NCBI GenBank assembly: GCA_965242965.1
Contig: OZ251518.1
Span: 2,304,001 to 2,368,000 of the forward strand
Direction of reading: 5' to 3'
DNA: 64,000 nucleotides
Source of the DNA: Candidatus Poribacteria bacterium
Lineage (GTDB): Bacteria; Poribacteria; WGA-4E; WGA-3G
Both the position numbers and the translations under genes were made by a program. Shown here one piece after another: positions 60,939 to 64,000 of the stretch. Under the pieces are notes generated by a model. It was not told the origin of the DNA. It searched no databases and saw only the letters and a list, made by a program, of their open reading frames with translations. How positions within the stretch are numbered: position 1 is the stretch's first letter; the number at the start of each line of letters is the position of its first letter.

Positions 60939-61187
60939 ATGAGTTGGATAGACAAGATTGACATCGGGCACGACTTGCAAGTCTGTCCCGATTGTCAGCG
61001 CGAATATGAGGTGCTGGAGCAGTTTTTAGGCGACACGCAGGATGTCACACCGCGGTGGATTATCGATGCTGTCTTCAACGACGCGTATTACGTCGCCTTG
61101 AGGTGTCCACAATGCCTTGAAACTCGGCACCTCTGCATCCAGTCGTTGACAACCGCTCAATTCTATACCGAAAAGGAGAGAAAATGA
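60939..61187 (+). CDS. small hypothetical protein with two CxxC motifs
   Basis: CPDC...CPQC; stop overlaps the next start (ATGA). Confidence 0.55.
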   Translation: MSWIDKIDIGHDLQVCPDCQREYEVLEQFLGDTQDVTPRWIIDAVFNDAYYVALRCPQCLETRHLCIQSLTTAQFYTEKERK

Positions 61188-61975
61188 AGATAGGCGTTAC
61201 CCAGATTATCCTCGGAAATATGTCGTTGGCAGATACGTTGTCCCTCTGTCAGGATGCCGGCTACGATGCCGTTGAGCTCACCTTCAACGAGAGTAAGGAT
61301 ACCGACATTAACATGAGCGACGCAGAACTCCGCGGCATCGCCGAGACATGCAAAGCCGCCGGTGTGGACATCGGCAGTATTACGGCTGGCTATGCCGACA
61401 GGGGCAATCTGCTCAGCCTTGATGCAACCGAACGTGAGAAAGGTGCACGCTCCCTCGCCCGCGGCATTGAAGTGGCAGGTGCGCTCGGTGTCGGCGGCAT
61501 CTTATTGCACCCGGGGCAACTCACCGTGGCGGGGACTTATCAACAAGTTTGGGATAACCTCGTTGGGATTTTGAAGGAGCTCGCGCCTTCTGCCGAGGCG
61601 CATCACGTCGCTGTCGGACTTGAGAACGTCTGGAACAAATTCCTGCTCAGTCCAAAGGAAATGCGGGAGATTGTGGACGAAATCGGTAGCGATTGGGTGG
61701 GCACTTATCTGGACACGGCGAACATGATGGCATACGGCTATCCGGAACACTGGATTCGGGAGCTCGGTTCGCGCATCAAACGGGTGCATTTTAAGGATTT
61801 CTCCCGCGGCGCGCATCAGTTCGTTAATCTATTAGATGGGGATACGGATTGGCCCGCTGTCATGGAAGCGTTCCGTGCCATCGGTTATGACGGTTACGTC
61901 ATCCACGAAGTCGGTGGCGACAGAGAAGCACAAATTGATTTGGCGCAACGGATGCGCAAAATCGTGGCGATGTAG
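61184..61975 (+). CDS. sugar phosphate isomerase/epimerase (xylose isomerase-like TIM barrel)
   Basis: GYDAVE, ENVWN, DTAN, HFKD, E metal ligands. Confidence 0.88.
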   Translation: MKIGVTQIILGNMSLADTLSLCQDAGYDAVELTFNESKDTDINMSDAELRGIAETCKAAGVDIGSITAGYADRGNLLSLDATEREKGARSLARGIEVAGALGVGGILLHPGQLTVAGTYQQVWDNLVGILKELAPSAEAHHVAVGLENVWNKFLLSPKEMREIVDEIGSDWVGTYLDTANMMAYGYPEHWIRELGSRIKRVHFKDFSRGAHQFVNLLDGDTDWPAVMEAFRAIGYDGYVIHEVGGDREAQIDLAQRMRKIVAM

Positions 61976-62053
61976 CAAAAAACCGCGCACGTCGTAGGGC
62001 GAGGGCCTGTCCCTCGTCATGTAAAGTCGCCCTACGCGCGTGCGCAGTCTGGA

Positions 62054-62138
62054 TGCCGGAGGTCGGACTCGAACCGACATGGGCCTAGGGCCCGCTGGAT
62101 TTTGAGTCCAGTGCGTCTACCGATTTCACCACTCCGGC
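62054..62138 (-). tRNA. tRNA-Leu(CAA)
   Basis: CT-CAA-AA loop, long variable arm; promoter TTGACT-17-TATAAT at 62161-62189. Confidence 0.92.
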
Positions 62139-62215
62139 GGTTTCGCAGGCTAACACGTATATTATACCACATTTTTTGGCAAAAGTCAAGAAAATTTTCA
62201 CTATCCACGAAAATC

Positions 62216-63064
62216 ATGAATCAACAACGCAAACCTGCCGCTGACAACCTATTTGAACGCATTTTTATCGCGACGCGCGCCTTCCTGGGGCAATTGCTAC
62301 AAAAGGAGACGTGGCAGGCGTTGTGGCATTGGATGCTTTGGCGCGTTTCGCCGAAACGCCGGCGCATCCATAAATTGACGCGCCAACTCCAGCCGCTTGA
62401 TGCAAGCGCGCCCGCCGAAATGCACGCCTTGCGAGATGAAGTCTTCGCAAAGAGTTGCCTGGAACTTCAACAACTTGAAGAACAGCAGATTCTGCTAGAC
62501 ATCCTCAACAAGGCTCACCGTCCACTCGGCTTTGAGCAGGTATTTTTGGCGGCCATCTATCCCATTTTCGTCAAACGCGACATGGAAGTCATCCCGCTTT
62601 CTACCGAAACAGAACATCGGCTTGATGTCGAAATCGGATACCTCGGACATAACGAGGATTACTTCTTTTGGGTGTTTGAAATCGACAGCACGAAACGTCT
62701 CACCCTAGAAACGCCGCTTGACCCGCGGCAGGAGGTGCGCGACGACAAATGCTACGTCGTCTATTCCCTCGGAAGTGTCGGCCTGGTGGAGACAGACTAC
62801 GCCGCGTATGCGGAGCAGTGGCTGCTTGACGCGCCGCGCTTGGCAACCGCGCTCCCTATCCTCGCCGCCGCGTATGCGGAGCAGTGGCTGCTGAACGCCC
62901 GGATTTACCTCGCGCACATCCTCAAAGACCTGGGGAAGCGCAACTACCAAATCACAGCAACGGCAATACCTGATTTTGAACGGGAGCGGTTGTCACTCTT
63001 ACGCCGTCTCTCCCTGGACCGGCTAAGAAAACGTCAATCTCTGTCCGCACGCCGAACTCGGTAA
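62216..63064 (+). CDS. hypothetical protein
   Basis: 282 aa from MNQQRK; internal AAYAEQWLL duplication; 3' end overlaps the opposite gene. Confidence 0.55.
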   Translation: MNQQRKPAADNLFERIFIATRAFLGQLLQKETWQALWHWMLWRVSPKRRRIHKLTRQLQPLDASAPAEMHALRDEVFAKSCLELQQLEEQQILLDILNKAHRPLGFEQVFLAAIYPIFVKRDMEVIPLSTETEHRLDVEIGYLGHNEDYFFWVFEIDSTKRLTLETPLDPRQEVRDDKCYVVYSLGSVGLVETDYAAYAEQWLLDAPRLATALPILAAAYAEQWLLNARIYLAHILKDLGKRNYQITATAIPDFERERLSLLRRLSLDRLRKRQSLSARRTR

Positions 63065-64000
63065 GGTAGATGCCCGGTTCAATGGAGAAGCAGATGCCGG
63101 GAATAAGCACGCGCGCATCGCGCGTCTCCAGATTATCCAAATTCACGCCGTTGCCGTGGATAGCCGTGCCGATGTTGTGCCCGGTGCGGTGAATGAAGAA
63201 CTCGCCGAAGCCTTTTTCCGTTATATATGCGCGCGTGCAATCATCAACGGCGTAGCCGTAAATCGGTTCGTCTGCCTCCCATTTTTCACGGATGAACGCC
63301 ACCGCTCTGTCCCGCGCGCCCTTGACAATCTCAAAAATCTCAACGAACCGCTGGGGAACCGTCGTGCCGGCATAGGCCACCCACGTCGTGTCCGCGAAGA
63401 CTGCATCCGGTGCCTTCTGCTTAGCCCACAAATCGATTAAGATGAAATCGCCTTTTTTGATAGGCTGTGTTTGCGTTGCGGTGGGTGCGTAGTGCGGGTC
63501 GCGGCTGTTCGCATTCACGGCGACAATCGGCGGATGGTCTGACGTTAAATCCATCGCTTCAAATCGCTGGAGAATGAACTGCTGAACGTCGTATTCCGTG
63601 AGTTCTTTTTCATCGCGGAGCTGCTCCCCAATCCACGTGAACGCCTCGTCCTTCGCCGTTAATACTAATCGCGCCGCTGCTTGGTGTCCATCGGCTTGTT
63701 CCTCAGTCAGACGTGCCTCAACGCGCTGTGCCAAATCTGCAGACGTGTGAACCTCAACGCCGAATGAACGAATCCACTCCAACGTGCCGGCATCCACGCG
63801 CGAAATGTAGGGAATTGCGGCGTGCGGCGAGTATTCCATCGCGACGTTTCGGACATCGGCGAGCAGAACCGCTATCTGCTCGTTCAGAGCTTGCCATCCT
63901 GTATAGTGGGCGATGCTCCCCGGCACATCGGCAAAATTCGATGTTTCGATGGAATGAATGAGCCACTTCGGTTCGCCTTGTGCGGGAATAAGACAGAACC
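62952..64000 (-). CDS. M24 Xaa-Pro aminopeptidase (5' part outside the window)
   Basis: DPHY, ADTT, HRTGH, SIEPGIY, GVRTE. Confidence 0.9.
   Translation of the reverse strand, partial: FCLIPAQGEPKWLIHSIETSNFADVPGSIAHYTGWQALNEQIAVLLADVRNVAMEYSPHAAIPYISRVDAGTLEWIRSFGVEVHTSADLAQRVEARLTEEQADGHQAAARLVLTAKDEAFTWIGEQLRDEKELTEYDVQQFILQRFEAMDLTSDHPPIVAVNANSRDPHYAPTATQTQPIKKGDFILIDLWAKQKAPDAVFADTTWVAYAGTTVPQRFVEIFEIVKGARDRAVAFIREKWEADEPIYGYAVDDCTRAYITEKGFGEFFIHRTGHNIGTAIHGNGVNLDNLETRDARVLIPGICFSIEPGIYLTEFGVRTEIDVFLAGPGRDGVRVTTAPVQNQVLPLL

Noticed and set aside
49526-62138. Prophage or integrative island bounded by tRNA-Leu genes
   Set aside because: No integrase, att duplication or phage genes; housekeeping genes such as hflX lie between them.
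1-64000. Diversity-generating retroelement or retron
   Set aside because: No reverse transcriptase motifs and no long template/variable repeat pair seen.

Overview
Bacterial chromosomal window, by inference from a Candidatus Poribacteria-like organism (sponge-symbiont type). The basis is its LamG proteins with a 'KLPVLWGKLK' tail, a 'PNYPNPFNPETWIPY' FlgD-type C-terminal domain, and ankyrin/TPR/WD40 proteins. Core content: a tRNA(Pro,Arg,His,Lys,Leu)-tig-clpP-clpX-lon-S4-pdxA-C25 peptidase gene run, purE, hflX, an aspartate aminotransferase, two more tRNA-Leu genes and catabolic genes. Defence/conflict content: a RelE-like toxin reading in frame into a large unknown protein, a PLD-SNF2 helicase plus Eco57I/type IIG-like MTase pair, an MTase-Mrr gene frameshifted in a C9 tract, an orphan MTase, a fused MNT-HEPN gene, a DnaJ_C-HsdR_N-DnaJ_C protein and an Rpn nuclease. 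The most striking signal is a repeat system. Non-autonomous elements with GAGGGTGTTTCATAA-type terminal inverted repeats and 8-9 bp flanking direct repeats carry mosaics of several GTAG-type REP palindromes. The same palindromes occur in frame inside intact proteins, one element end supplies the start codon of a VanZ gene, and a separate AATCCTG repeat family appears to encode a signal-peptide core. All calls are from reading the sequence by eye; no database searches were run.
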